This document shows, one piece after another, positions 9,109 to 19,419 of a stretch of DNA of 64,000 nt (positions are counted from its first letter, which is position 1; every line of letters begins with the position of its first letter). The stretch spans positions 1 to 64,000 of IMG/VR virus record IMGVR_UViG_3300033121_001335, one strand, 5' to 3'. The stretch comes from a virus. Lineage: Duplodnaviria; Heunggongvirae; Uroviricota; Caudoviricetes. The translations under genes were made by a program, and so were the position numbers. Below the pieces are notes generated by a model. The model saw nothing but the letters and a program-made list of their open reading frames with translations. It made no database searches and was not told the origin of the DNA.

Positions 9109-11703
9109 TTATTTCTTTGGTTTAGCCCTAGCCTTTTGTTTAGAGGCCTTTATTTTTTCTCTGTCAATTTTCATTTTCTCCATATTCTGCTCGAATTCCA
9201 CCTTTTTATTCTTTTGCTCGGCCTGAAACTGCATCATGTCCAGATTGAGCTTTTTGTTCTCTAGGTCTCTTTTGGCTATAGATTCCTGAAGCTTAAGCTG
9301 GTGTCCTGCTATTTCCATTATATCAGGGGTGCCATCTCCATCGGCATCTGTTGATGGTGCTTGGAAATATGTTGATATTTCTGCCTTAGCTAAGTCTGTA
9401 TTAGCCTTAACATCTGTCTTATATTTCTCCATCCTCAAATTGTCCTGATGGTGCCTTTCGTTTTGTTCTAATTGAGCCTGAGCTATTTCTTGCTCTCCTT
9501 GTGTCTTAGCCTGCTCATTTTCCTGCATTTGAGCCTGCATTTGGTCTTGCTTATTCTTAAGGTCTTTAAACACCTTCTGCATCTCACGGATGGAATTGGT
9601 AGCATAAAGAGCCGACACCTCGTATATACTAGCTCCATTTTGAAGCATAGCTTGGCTAAGCTGACGGAATTCGTTAAAGAGTTGTTGGTCTTCTGCTTTA
9701 GATGTTACAAACACCTTGAGGTCTTTTAGTTTTATATCCTCCCCTGTCACCTGAACGAATGCCGACTCCCCCTGAGAGGTTATAAAATTAACAGTGGAAA
9801 CTGGTTTCCTGCTTTCTATGTATTGGGAGCAATCAAGCATTGCTTGATATAGCTGGTTAAGGACGTATGAGTGGGCTGCAAAATATGGTTCTGTTTGAGC
9901 AAACGATTGAACCAAAGCATTCTGGTTAGCAGTGGCTGTTTCAGTGGCCAGTGGTGAACCAAGCCTTTGCCTATTCATACCTATAAGCTCCCAACATTCT
10001 TGTTTAAGCTGTACGGCCAATCTATACCGTGATTCTATTTCTGATGTTCTCGTAAGGTCTATATTCTTAGCTACAGTGGTGTTCTGTATAGACCCCTTTG
10101 TATTTTCAGGGGAATCGTCATCAAATATAATACCTCTCTTCCTTGCCTCTTCTTCCCATACGTCTATGGCATCGTTAGCATCTCCATCCTTCGGCCTTGG
10201 TATACGCCTAATGTTTACATTGGCAACATTACCAATCTCTTTTTCTAGAATTTCGAACAGCTGATTCATACAGATGTTGTATAATGTTTGGTAGGGTTTC
10301 ATCATATCCACCAAACTTTTAGGCTCTGTATTTTTCACTTCATGAATGAGACCTATAATAGGGGCATAGTCTAGGAGTGTGTATGGTTTAATGAAATAGA
10401 TGTCAGGGCCAATTTTAACTCCCTGATACCATTGATTAACCCAGCCCCATTCTATAGAAAGTTCTCCGGGAGACCCCTCTTTATATGATTCGTCTACGAG
10501 TGTGGTTTGTTCATCTCCTGCCTCATCTATATATGTAAGCTGACCCACCTTCTTTTTGGAATTCCAATAAGCTCTTATAACAACATATTTATATCCAAAG
10601 GAAAAGGCATTATTAGAACCAAGCCAATGATTGAGGTCATCTCTAAACTCATTGCCCAGCTCACTTTGTAAAATCATCCTTTCCTGATATATCAGCCTGT
10701 TATATGTATCATATTGAATTGTATTAATACCTGTTTTGTCCGTAAATAAGTTGGACTCTCTTCCATCCATGAATATAGAGTTTTGCATGGATTTCTGAAG
10801 ATGTTTAATTTCTTCTTCTGTGAGCTCTGGAAACTCTTCTATAATTTCGGATATTTCCTTAACATACACCGTACCTATTGCATAGGGTACGTTTGGTTCC
10901 CCCGAAGCACCTGATGTATATTTATTATCTGGTGTTCCTTTATGCCATACGTTTTTAGGGTTTTCTGTTTTGACATTAAATCCTAATTTGGAATTATCTT
11001 CATATATATGGTAGAACTCTCTGGAGCATATGAGAAGGTCTCTGAAAGCATCTTCTGATTTTTCCTTTGTATTAAACTGGGCTTTAAGAGCTGTGAGGAT
11101 ATGATTGCCCCACCTTTCAGCCAGCGATGTATAGTCTGTTAACAAGTCTTTAACATCTTCCATTACTAGTTGCTGCATGTCCTCATCGGAAATTTGAGAA
11201 GCATCCTCACCCTTCATAGCCATCTTATTTATAATAGTCTGTCTGGCTTGCTGGAGAATGAGTTGCTGAACTATTTCTGTCTTATATTGCAGTTCTTCGT
11301 TTCTGCTGTCGTCATCAAAAGCTTTCACCTTATGTATATCAGGTCTTTTAGAAAGCTCTCCCACCATTGTATTAACAGGTGGGTTTATAATTGGATAGTG
11401 CTTTACATATGATGGCAGGTCTTCTTTTTGTGTAAGAGTTTCTAAGAAGTCTTTAACCTCAGGGTCTGCATCCTGATAAAAGTCACTGGGTTTCAGTATT
11501 CCTTTCATCAAATCATAGTTCTTAACGAATGTCTCCTTATTTGCTTTATATTGCGTATACGCCATATTAGCAAAATAGTCAAGAGTGTTCTTGATGTAAG
11601 ATTCATTGGTAAGTTTCTCCTCCTCGCTTTTAAACGGGTCGGGGTAATTATTTAGATAGGAATATCCTAAATTAACATCACTATCACTTCTGGTAATTAT
11701 CAT
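9109..11703 (-). CDS. putative portal protein
   Basis: 864-aa ORF immediately downstream of the large terminase, with overlapping stop and start (11700-11703). It has a Lys-rich coiled-coil C-terminus with a DADGDGTPD motif. Confidence 0.45.
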   Translation of the reverse strand: MIITRSDSDVNLGYSYLNNYPDPFKSEEEKLTNESYIKNTLDYFANMAYTQYKANKETFVKNYDLMKGILKPSDFYQDADPEVKDFLETLTQKEDLPSYVKHYPIINPPVNTMVGELSKRPDIHKVKAFDDDSRNEELQYKTEIVQQLILQQARQTIINKMAMKGEDASQISDEDMQQLVMEDVKDLLTDYTSLAERWGNHILTALKAQFNTKEKSEDAFRDLLICSREFYHIYEDNSKLGFNVKTENPKNVWHKGTPDNKYTSGASGEPNVPYAIGTVYVKEISEIIEEFPELTEEEIKHLQKSMQNSIFMDGRESNLFTDKTGINTIQYDTYNRLIYQERMILQSELGNEFRDDLNHWLGSNNAFSFGYKYVVIRAYWNSKKKVGQLTYIDEAGDEQTTLVDESYKEGSPGELSIEWGWVNQWYQGVKIGPDIYFIKPYTLLDYAPIIGLIHEVKNTEPKSLVDMMKPYQTLYNICMNQLFEILEKEIGNVANVNIRRIPRPKDGDANDAIDVWEEEARKRGIIFDDDSPENTKGSIQNTTVAKNIDLTRTSEIESRYRLAVQLKQECWELIGMNRQRLGSPLATETATANQNALVQSFAQTEPYFAAHSYVLNQLYQAMLDCSQYIESRKPVSTVNFITSQGESAFVQVTGEDIKLKDLKVFVTSKAEDQQLFNEFRQLSQAMLQNGASIYEVSALYATNSIREMQKVFKDLKNKQDQMQAQMQENEQAKTQGEQEIAQAQLEQNERHHQDNLRMEKYKTDVKANTDLAKAEISTYFQAPSTDADGDGTPDIMEIAGHQLKLQESIAKRDLENKKLNLDMMQFQAEQKNKKVEFEQNMEKMKIDREKIKASKQKARAKPKK

Positions 11704-13814
11704 CTGCTAAAGAGTTTTCTTTTCTTGCTTTTAAACATTTTTGATTCGAAGGTGAACAGTTTGTTCCCCTTTATTGGTTTCTTAAACAGAGACTGTATTC
11801 TTGGGTCAGCTTCTCCACCTATCTTACCTATAATTGGGTCTAGGTGATTGGATAGGGCTATTGCTAAGGAGAAGGCCACCTCTCTATCATAGTTGCCTTC
11901 TTCTTCATTAAAATTAATTATCTCCTCTAAAAGCATTGGGTCTGGTATGCGGGAAACCCCCAATGTTTCTTTTATTATAGAGCCTTGGTCGTCTCGTTCC
12001 TGCTTGATAACATCATCCAGATATTTCTTAGACCCGGCTCTTAGCATATCCCTGATTTTCTCAGAACTTCTATGTATACCCTTATCCCTTGTTACAGTGG
12101 TGTTTGGGACGTACAGCTTTAACCACTGAGGCTGGTCTTCTAAATAATGCCCATCGCCCTTACTAATCATATAATTAATGAAGGTCATGTCATCATTTTC
12201 ACAAAGTGTTCTGGCATTATACCATTTGATTAACATCCGGGCTTGCTCGTTCCATTTCTCAGGACTGTCAGGCCTTGACGCATAGGCCGCCACTATCATA
12301 TCCTGATATTTTTCAGAATGTATATCATGCATTCGCTTGAATATATACACAACGCCTAAAGAATCAGAATACTCTGCTTTTCCTTGCCTATAGTTATCCA
12401 CCCCCGCTACATATAGGCCAAATGGTGGGAGGTCATCAATGGGAAATTCCCACACCTGTATTGGAGCATCCTTATTTTGGGTCTTTACTGGAAACTCTGT
12501 AATAGGTAGTTTGTTTGAAGGCTTGTGGGTAATCCCCTCACCATTGTGGTATAATTCTACTAGTGAGCCCGTCACCCCATGAGCTCTTAATCTTTGTTGT
12601 TGAAACTTAGCCGCCTCAATATTATAGTCATTCTTTGTTAAAACTAAGAAGCTATCGGAGGCCTTTAAAGGCCAATAGGCTTTAAATTTCAGAACAGTTT
12701 TACTATTTCCTGATTTAAGGGCCTTCGCATATTCTGGTTTCCACCACTCTTCCAGAGCTCTCTCCTCATCACTAACAAGAATAGTTATATTATCAAAATC
12801 TGGATGTGGTTCTAATTTTCTCCCCAATTTTTCAGTGAGATAGCGATAGAGAGTCCAAGGCTGCTTATATTTCATTCTTGCTCTTAAGGCAGATATGAAT
12901 CTGCCCATCTTTCCGCCCGGAACCTCTGGATTATCAAAAGCTAAACTATTGTAAGAGAGTGGATTAAAGAACATTTCTCCTGCTTCTTTTCCCACTTCCA
13001 TATCCCCACCAGTTCCTGTTAGCATAACCAAGCACGATGGTTTATCCCCGCCGCCTGACCACCAACATCCATCTGAGTCTTTTACACATCCGATGAGGTT
13101 GGGTAATGTACCCTCTTCATCAATTACATGAAAACCGGGACGTGTACCATTGGCTGCCATTGTTTTATTACCATTCTCGTAATTCCTCACCTTTATAGAG
13201 GATTTAGAGGAAGCTGGGTCTGGCAGTCCTGTAGCCTTATCCTTCCACCCTGCTACGATTTCTTTTTTCCAATCTGAGGTGATGCGCTGTTTTCTAAACA
13301 TGGGATGTATGTTTAGAAGCCCATCCTCGATTTTATCTGTTACAAGCTTTATGTAGTTATAAGCCCCAGCAGATATTACAGCCTCACTTTGGTCATAGAA
13401 TGTGTATAAATGTCCAGCACATGAGCCGGCTATCACACTCTTACCAAAATCACGAGAGCCCACTAGGTTATATATCAATATACCCTCGTCTGTGCATTTT
13501 TCTAAATCGTCTACGAATATATCCCAATCTAAATCACGGAATAATGGAGTGATGATTTGACGAGATTTAACTGTCTTTCCTTTCACTTCCCTTTCTATAT
13601 ATGCTGCAATTTTCCAATATACAGTGTGAAAATATAGTCTTCCGGGAATTTTGAGCTGGCCATTTCCTATATAGAACCCATTCATACATCTGTCTTTCTC
13701 TCGTCTCCAATAATCACGAAAAACCTGCATAGCTTCCTCATCCTGAGGGTCGTATACGGGTTCACTCTGATTTGGAAACCAGATGTTAACGGTATTTAAT
13801 TGGTATTCTGGCAT
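11700..13814 (-). CDS. terL: terminase large subunit
   Basis: 704 aa. It carries an ATPase Walker A-like VGSRDFGKSV of the type found in large terminases. Its size and its position ahead of the portal support the call. Confidence 0.65.
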   Translation of the reverse strand: MPEYQLNTVNIWFPNQSEPVYDPQDEEAMQVFRDYWRREKDRCMNGFYIGNGQLKIPGRLYFHTVYWKIAAYIEREVKGKTVKSRQIITPLFRDLDWDIFVDDLEKCTDEGILIYNLVGSRDFGKSVIAGSCAGHLYTFYDQSEAVISAGAYNYIKLVTDKIEDGLLNIHPMFRKQRITSDWKKEIVAGWKDKATGLPDPASSKSSIKVRNYENGNKTMAANGTRPGFHVIDEEGTLPNLIGCVKDSDGCWWSGGGDKPSCLVMLTGTGGDMEVGKEAGEMFFNPLSYNSLAFDNPEVPGGKMGRFISALRARMKYKQPWTLYRYLTEKLGRKLEPHPDFDNITILVSDEERALEEWWKPEYAKALKSGNSKTVLKFKAYWPLKASDSFLVLTKNDYNIEAAKFQQQRLRAHGVTGSLVELYHNGEGITHKPSNKLPITEFPVKTQNKDAPIQVWEFPIDDLPPFGLYVAGVDNYRQGKAEYSDSLGVVYIFKRMHDIHSEKYQDMIVAAYASRPDSPEKWNEQARMLIKWYNARTLCENDDMTFINYMISKGDGHYLEDQPQWLKLYVPNTTVTRDKGIHRSSEKIRDMLRAGSKKYLDDVIKQERDDQGSIIKETLGVSRIPDPMLLEEIINFNEEEGNYDREVAFSLAIALSNHLDPIIGKIGGEADPRIQSLFKKPIKGNKLFTFESKMFKSKKRKLFSR

Positions 13815-14137
13815 TATATCATTCCAGACTCGGCTGGGGAAAGAGCTTGATGCCCTCTAACATTTTTCTGCTTTTCTTCTTCTTTTTGCCGCATTAAATC
13901 TATACGAGCTATTAAGTCAGCATAGTCCTTTAGAGCTTGGGTTAGTGATTTTAGTTGAGCCTCTATAGAAGCTGTCACCATAGGTATGGCTCCACCGCTT
14001 TTAGTTTCTTTCCAATGTATTCTGTCCTTTAGCTTATCAAATGGATTGGCTTCAACATATTGTTTTAGCTCCTCAGCCTTTTTCTCTAAAAACTCCAGCT
14101 CATACACTATGTAGTTATCTTTCTTTTTTGTTGCCAT
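13814..14137 (-). CDS. hypothetical protein (possible small terminase or accessory; no direct evidence)
   Basis: 107-aa ORF, charged, immediately upstream of terL with overlapping stop and start. Confidence 0.35.
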   Translation of the reverse strand: MATKKKDNYIVYELEFLEKKAEELKQYVEANPFDKLKDRIHWKETKSGGAIPMVTASIEAQLKSLTQALKDYADLIARIDLMRQKEEEKQKNVRGHQALSPAESGMI

Positions 14138-14138
14138 A

Positions 14139-14465
14139 TCATATATTAGTAAAAACTATATCCTCTAAATCTACATTTTGTCTAATTTCTAGGGCTTGTT
14201 CAGATAGTGTTGATTTATAAGCCTCATCATATGTAGTGTAAAGCAAGCTTCCATCAACACTCATATCCTCTGTTTTATCAAAAGACATGGATTTACCATT
14301 TTTGAATCTAATTATATAATTATTATAATAGAGTCTGTTTTGGCCTCCCCATTTAAGCGCACCATCAACACTACTAAAATCTTTCATCAACACTATAGCT
14401 TCCACTATATCCTTAGTGCCGGGGAGTATTGCAAACACCCTTTCATTTTTTACAAAATAATTCAT
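14139..14465 (-). CDS. hypothetical protein
   Basis: 108-aa ORF in the co-oriented array. Confidence 0.35.
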   Translation of the reverse strand: MNYFVKNERVFAILPGTKDIVEAIVLMKDFSSVDGALKWGGQNRLYYNNYIIRFKNGKSMSFDKTEDMSVDGSLLYTTYDEAYKSTLSEQALEIRQNVDLEDIVFTNI

Positions 14466-14474
14466 ATTTAATTA

Positions 14475-14762
14475 TTAATATTCCTCTTCTTCGTCCTCTG
14501 ATTTTTCATCAAAAAGATGTTTAGCATCCTCTTCAATCTTTTTTATATAATCATCTGGAACAAGTTGTTGTTCATCCAAGGCTAATTCTGCCTGATATTT
14601 TTCAATAGCAAAACAAAGTTCCTTATCTGAAATACCCCAAAAATCTCCGTAGTCTGAAAGGGCCATAGATAGGTGGCGCCCTATTCCAAATGTGGGGTAT
14701 TCTCTAGCCAACTGGTGCATCAGTTCTCCGAATTTCTTTTTGTAGTCTGGTGTTCTTCCCAT
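14475..14762 (-). CDS. hypothetical acidic protein
   Basis: 95-aa ORF with an acidic C-terminus, EDEEEEY. Confidence 0.35.
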   Translation of the reverse strand: MGRTPDYKKKFGELMHQLAREYPTFGIGRHLSMALSDYGDFWGISDKELCFAIEKYQAELALDEQQLVPDDYIKKIEEDAKHLFDEKSEDEEEEY

Positions 14763-14934
14763 GTTTAACCGTTTAAGAACTTAGAATTTTTTGCAATAAC
14801 AGCATCAATATCCGTCTGCATAAATCTCAATAATTTATTTATTATAGACTGAGCTTCCTCTTTTTGTGCGTCTGTAGTTGCTTCCAAAGCTAGCATATCT
14901 AGCATTAATTTAATAGTGTCCAATGTTATTGGGT

Positions 14935-15228
14935 TCATGATTCTTGGTTTAATTGTTTATTTATATTATCGTTTTCTTCTTTTGTAGCTATCGCCAACCA
15001 TTTCTTTTCCGGGCATTCGCAAGAAAGACAGGCACTCTTCTTCTTTAAGGGGCATCCGCAGCTCTTACAATAAGAGAACGATGTAACCCTTCCTTCTGAA
15101 CTATTAAAAGGACAATTAAGACACACTGCCAATCTTTGTGCTTGTGTTTCTCTTATCAGCTCCTTCATTTCCGTTGCTGGAAATATATCATTTTTCCAAC
15201 CCTCTAATATTTTTTTTAGACTGTCCAT
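14935..15228 (-). CDS. zinc-finger or zinc-ribbon protein
   Basis: CxxC pairs: CLNCP, CKSCGCP, CLSCECP. Confidence 0.45.
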   Translation of the reverse strand: MDSLKKILEGWKNDIFPATEMKELIRETQAQRLAVCLNCPFNSSEGRVTSFSYCKSCGCPLKKKSACLSCECPEKKWLAIATKEENDNINKQLNQES

Positions 15229-15544
15229 GTCCCTGCTTTGTGTTTAAATAGTTTATCTCTTCTTTAAGGCTCTGTATTTTCTTAGAGTTTCTCTCCCCCT
15301 CCGGAAGGCTTAGATGGTAGTCTAGAAGAGATTGTCTCCTCTCTAGTCTCCTGTTTAGCTTTCCTGCTGTCACTAAAAGCTTTCCAAACCCAGAAAGTTC
15401 CACAGAACTACATGTTTTTGTAGCTTCTTTAGCCTGTTCATAACTCCAAGAAATCACCCTATCACATATAGACTCTTCTATTTGCAAGTCCTCAGAAACA
15501 GAGGCCAGAATCCAGTCTTTCGTTGACATATTAGCTGGCTTCAT
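15188..15544 (-). CDS. hypothetical protein
   Basis: 118-aa ORF in the same array. Confidence 0.3.
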   Translation of the reverse strand: MKPANMSTKDWILASVSEDLQIEESICDRVISWSYEQAKEATKTCSSVELSGFGKLLVTAGKLNRRLERRQSLLDYHLSLPEGERNSKKIQSLKEEINYLNTKQGHGQSKKNIRGLEK

Positions 15545-15869
15545 TCTCTATTGATATGATTAAAGCAATGGGTTGTGTAAAATCCAGCTTATTTAAGGCT
15601 GGGTGTAGGCTTAATGTTGTTACGCCAGAGAGAATTCCCTTCTTCTTTAAGGGTCCAGATATATTCTCTAGCCTTTTATGGGTTGTGTTAAACTCTTTAA
15701 CATATTCGTCCCTGTCAGCGATGCCTCCACCTAAAGATATATTAGCTATCAGCTCTATTTGCTTTGGAGTGAGAAGCAGGTCGTTCAAAACAGACAATAA
15801 GCTGTAATAGACAATCGCCGTCTTTAGCCTGTCTTTATACACCTTCCTTATTTTCTGACTATTTTCCAA
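15531..15869 (-). CDS. hypothetical protein
   Basis: 112-aa ORF. Confidence 0.3.
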   Translation of the reverse strand: MENSQKIRKVYKDRLKTAIVYYSLLSVLNDLLLTPKQIELIANISLGGGIADRDEYVKEFNTTHKRLENISGPLKKKGILSGVTTLSLHPALNKLDFTQPIALIISIENEAS

Positions 15870-15956
15870 TATGTAGTTATTTTTACAAAGGTAGAATAGA
15901 ATTTCTTACTAAAAAAGTATCTGTCTAATTCATTTTCAGATGGAATGCTATTATAG

Positions 15957-16325
15957 CTAAGAATTATTTTGTTTTACGGTCAAATTTTCGATAAGCTCGT
16001 TGGCATAAGCCTCATATTTAGTCACATACTCATCTAGCTTCTGCTCAAACTTCCTTTTTTCCCATACACAAATGCAGCATCCCTCATGTTCTGTAGAAAC
16101 AAGGGTATATTTAAATCCCTCTTCTCTCACTCCATCCACTCCCTGAGTGCTATCGAAATAGTCACACCATGTAGTAATTTCATTATGTGGAATCTTTATC
16201 TTTCCAGCCGCCCAATCACCCTCCTGAGGAATGTCCTTCATTTTCTCTATTGTTTCAGCCTTTTCAGCTGTAAACCTATCGTATATCCTAATTGGGAATT
16301 CAAAAAATCTTTCTGTATATTTCAT
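15957..16325 (-). CDS. hypothetical protein
   Basis: 122-aa ORF. Confidence 0.35.
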   Translation of the reverse strand: MKYTERFFEFPIRIYDRFTAEKAETIEKMKDIPQEGDWAAGKIKIPHNEITTWCDYFDSTQGVDGVREEGFKYTLVSTEHEGCCICVWEKRKFEQKLDEYVTKYEAYANELIENLTVKQNNS

Positions 16326-16328
16326 AAT

Positions 16329-17006
16329 TTAGAATAATTTAAACTGTAATTTTTTATAATACCCTATTTTTAATCCGGGTTGCTTCAAAGGTAGGGAATA
16401 AGTTCCGGATAATGAAATAATATCCTCATTAGTTTTGTTTTTAAAAAGGAGTCCTAGGTCAATTTGCTGAATATTGGGCTTATTTAGAAGGCTTTCTACA
16501 CTCACCCCTATAAAAATCTGCCGCTTTAGGGGGGCATATTTTGTTATCGTAGTGGTGGTGTGTGGAAAATTAAGCTTATACGTTGGTTGTGTGCTTTTTA
16601 GTGTATTTTCTGCCACTATTTGGGTTAAATCCACTATTCCCACTTTCAGCCCAGAGGTGTCCTTAAGCTCAATAGAATCTTTATATGTCTTTACAGCTAG
16701 GTATTGTTTTACAAGCTCGTTATATTGCTCTGTAAGCTTCTGAATGTCTCCTGAAGCATTATATTGGGCTGGGATGTTTATTGGAAACACTGTGTTTCCC
16801 TGTTGCTGTGGTTGGTAGGGCGGCATTATGACAATTGGTTGAGGCACCTGAGTGGTGAAGGTTGTTGTATCAGATGTTCCGGGCTTTCCTTTTCCCTGTA
16901 GTATTTGTTTTCCCCCATTAAAGAAGAACACAAAGAACATAATTCCCACTAAAATAATGCCTAAATTTTTTTTTATTGCATCTGCAATTGTTATTTTTTC
17001 TGCCAT
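16329..17006 (-). CDS. membrane-anchored hypothetical protein
   Basis: 225 aa with an N-terminal transmembrane segment, ILVGIMFFVFFFNGG. Confidence 0.4.
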   Translation of the reverse strand: MAEKITIADAIKKNLGIILVGIMFFVFFFNGGKQILQGKGKPGTSDTTTFTTQVPQPIVIMPPYQPQQQGNTVFPINIPAQYNASGDIQKLTEQYNELVKQYLAVKTYKDSIELKDTSGLKVGIVDLTQIVAENTLKSTQPTYKLNFPHTTTTITKYAPLKRQIFIGVSVESLLNKPNIQQIDLGLLFKNKTNEDIISLSGTYSLPLKQPGLKIGYYKKLQFKLF

Positions 17007-17177
17007 TTTTCTAAAAATTTTTTAATGTGAGATTCCCATTCTGGGAAATTATTATATTTACCCCTATTGATTTCATAAATAATCACTTTAGCCAAAAGTT
17101 CCTGTTCTTCTTTCGGGGTGTTTATATGTACAAGCAAGCCACAAGAAGCAGGCCCAAAAAATATGAAATGTGTATCT

Positions 17178-17600
17178 TTAACCAATGTTTAATAATTTGC
17201 AAATATATCTAAATGTGTTTATATCCTTACATTCCCCCATAAAGAGTTGCTGACCATCTTTTACCCCATGCCATATTCTTATTGCTTGTTTTTCTTTATT
17301 TTTTCCTATCTCTTTATATATTTTTATAACATAGTCTTCTTTCCAGAACTCTATAGGATTATCCCAAGATGGGTCTGTTTCCCATCCCTCAGCTTCTATT
17401 TGTTCTTTAGTTAGATAGGGAACTCTTATAACTCCTTCCTCTATGTCATGCTTTAATTCAAACCTCCAACCTTCCATATCATAGAAAACAGGACTATCTG
17501 AATCAAAATTGTATTTTACCCAATTATCACCATCAAATCTCTCATATTCATACCCAACCCTAATGTCGGAAATATCTGGTACGAAATATTTATTTTCCAT
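17178..17600 (-). CDS. hypothetical protein
   Basis: 140-aa ORF. Confidence 0.35.
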   Translation of the reverse strand: MENKYFVPDISDIRVGYEYERFDGDNWVKYNFDSDSPVFYDMEGWRFELKHDIEEGVIRVPYLTKEQIEAEGWETDPSWDNPIEFWKEDYVIKIYKEIGKNKEKQAIRIWHGVKDGQQLFMGECKDINTFRYICKLLNIG

Positions 17601-17853
17601 TATTTAATGTTTTAAATCCTTGTTTTTGAAAAGTCTTATAAAATAATTCTAATCCAGCATCCCCACAATTTATAGTACCCGCTGTGCCACAATCAATTTT
17701 ATGGCTCCTATATTTCTTTCCATCCTGTTCCCACTCATGCGTTTGGACGTTGGGGAATCTAATACTGACTGTTTCCAACTCTTTTACATAATTTATTTTC
17801 TTATTTTTGCTCATCATTTGGTAGTTTATATTCCCATTTAAACTCTTTACCAT
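17590..17853 (-). CDS. hypothetical protein
   Basis: 87-aa ORF. Confidence 0.3.
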   Translation of the reverse strand: MVKSLNGNINYQMMSKNKKINYVKELETVSIRFPNVQTHEWEQDGKKYRSHKIDCGTAGTINCGDAGLELFYKTFQKQGFKTLNNGK

Positions 17854-18016
17854 CTAGTTTTATATTGGAATTTGGTATAGAAAGCTGCTCTAGTATTTTT
17901 ACATCTGGCATTAAACACTTAGCCACCATATCGGCTAATTTCTGTGCTACACCCCTGTTAAGCAGGATTTCTTTGTCTTTTTCCATTAAACGCATTTTAA
18001 GCCCTATTACAGGCAT
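17801..18016 (-). CDS. hypothetical protein
   Basis: 71-aa ORF. Confidence 0.3.
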   Translation of the reverse strand: MPVIGLKMRLMEKDKEILLNRGVAQKLADMVAKCLMPDVKILEQLSIPNSNIKLDGKEFKWEYKLPNDEQK

Positions 18017-18022
18017 TTCTAT

Positions 18023-18328
18023 TTAAAAATGAGGAATAGTGTTGTCTAAATTATTGGGCAAATCCGGGGCTTTAAACGATGTCTCATTAAATATAAGCAT
18101 TTCCTTGAACATCCTATCCTGTTCTTTCTCTATTTGAGGCTTATTTTTCTCTAATTCCTCCTTAGCCCATTGCTCTACTCTTGGGGGATTGTGTGTCTTC
18201 ACCCCTATTTGGGCCTGAGCCATTTTGAGCACACCCTCTAATTCATCCAGAACAGAGCTTTCAGCTGTTATTACATATGTCCTTGTTTCTAGGCTCATAA
18301 TTAAATTGTTGCTGCTTTTACAGCCCAT
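18023..18328 (-). CDS. hypothetical protein
   Basis: 101-aa ORF. Confidence 0.3.
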   Translation of the reverse strand: MGCKSSNNLIMSLETRTYVITAESSVLDELEGVLKMAQAQIGVKTHNPPRVEQWAKEELEKNKPQIEKEQDRMFKEMLIFNETSFKAPDLPNNLDNTIPHF

Positions 18329-18555
18329 GATGTCCCAGATTCAATTTCTGTCATAGCTAGAGCTTTAAGCCTTTTCCATTCCCCCAATGTCTCATCGTCC
18401 CAAGAAGGCCTATTAGTAGCCTCATTAATCAGGTCAATAAGTTCAGCCCCCTTAGTTTTAAGCTGAAATATGTAGTCCTCGTTTGAGGGATTGAATTCTA
18501 TTCTTGTTCTTTTTTCTCCTAATGTTTTTGCCATAATTCTGATTTTAGAACACAA
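18301..18555 (-). CDS. hypothetical protein (first gene of the minus-strand block)
   Basis: 84-aa ORF next to the divergent promoter region. Confidence 0.35.
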   Translation of the reverse strand: MCSKIRIMAKTLGEKRTRIEFNPSNEDYIFQLKTKGAELIDLINEATNRPSWDDETLGEWKRLKALAMTEIESGTSWAVKAATI

Positions 18556-18589
18556 ATGTAAGCCAAATGTTTTATTTCACCAAATTTTT

Positions 18590-18700
18590 TAAAAAATTTT
18601 TTTTTCGAAAAATGTGGGACGGGGGTGTCCACATCCCACTCACCACCCCCGCTTGAAAATACGGTAGGGGGTATTCCCCGCATTAAACATTTAAAAACGA
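18590..18700. promoter_or_regulatory. divergent intergenic control region with two GC-rich hairpins
   Basis: A GC-rich island in AT-rich DNA. It contains cgggggtg(16 nt)cacccccg and gggggtattcccc. Genes diverge from here: minus strand to the left, plus strand to the right. Confidence 0.4.
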
Positions 18701-18706
18701 TAAAAA

Positions 18707-19144
18707 ATGACAACTACAACAATTAACACTGCTACTGCTAAAACGACTCTTGCTGAGCATGTTAAAGAAGCAAGTGTAGGGATGAACCAAAGCGTAGTGA
18801 TTGACGCTAAAACCTTCGTAAAAGACCTCGCAGCCCTTGAGGTGAAGGAAGAGTTTGATTACTACACGAGAGAGAACAGGGGGCATTTCAGGTTTTTTAC
18901 AGAGGACGGTAAAAAGCTTTGTGTTAGCATTTCAGAGGCTGGATTGGCTTCTGCACCTGCTAAAATCAAGCTTAGCGAAGAGCCATCCGAAATCCTGATG
19001 TGGAGTTTGAAAAACCTTACATTACGGAGTGGTGTTAGCAACACTACAGGCAATGACTACCTTTCATTTGGTGTTACTGGTGAAGGCACACTTGTCACTG
19101 GTAAAATCAACCTTAAGGCTTTCATTAAGGCTTATGCTGGTTAA
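18707..19144 (+). CDS. hypothetical protein
   Basis: 145-aa ORF followed by a canonical terminator. Confidence 0.45.
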   Translation: MTTTTINTATAKTTLAEHVKEASVGMNQSVVIDAKTFVKDLAALEVKEEFDYYTRENRGHFRFFTEDGKKLCVSISEAGLASAPAKIKLSEEPSEILMWSLKNLTLRSGVSNTTGNDYLSFGVTGEGTLVTGKINLKAFIKAYAG

Positions 19145-19146
19145 TT

Positions 19147-19172
19147 AAAGGGGCTTCGGCCCTTTTATTTAT
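19147..19172 (+). terminator. rho-independent terminator
   Basis: aaaggggc-ttcg-gccccttt followed by tattt. Confidence 0.7.
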
Positions 19173-19419
19173 ATAAATAAGGGGAATATTATGAATGGAA
19201 TGGTTGTAATAGCCTAGTATTACAATATTCTCCTTATTCTATATATAGGGTGGGTAATAAGTGTATACGAAGGGTGGGAAATACCAAAAACGAGGACATT
19301 ATTTATTAATCAATTGATTATCAGAATGTTATGTGTCATACATTAACATTGCTGTGGGCATTCGATTGCCAATACATCACTAACTAAAACAAGCTGGGAA
19401 GCTTTATATCCATTAATTT

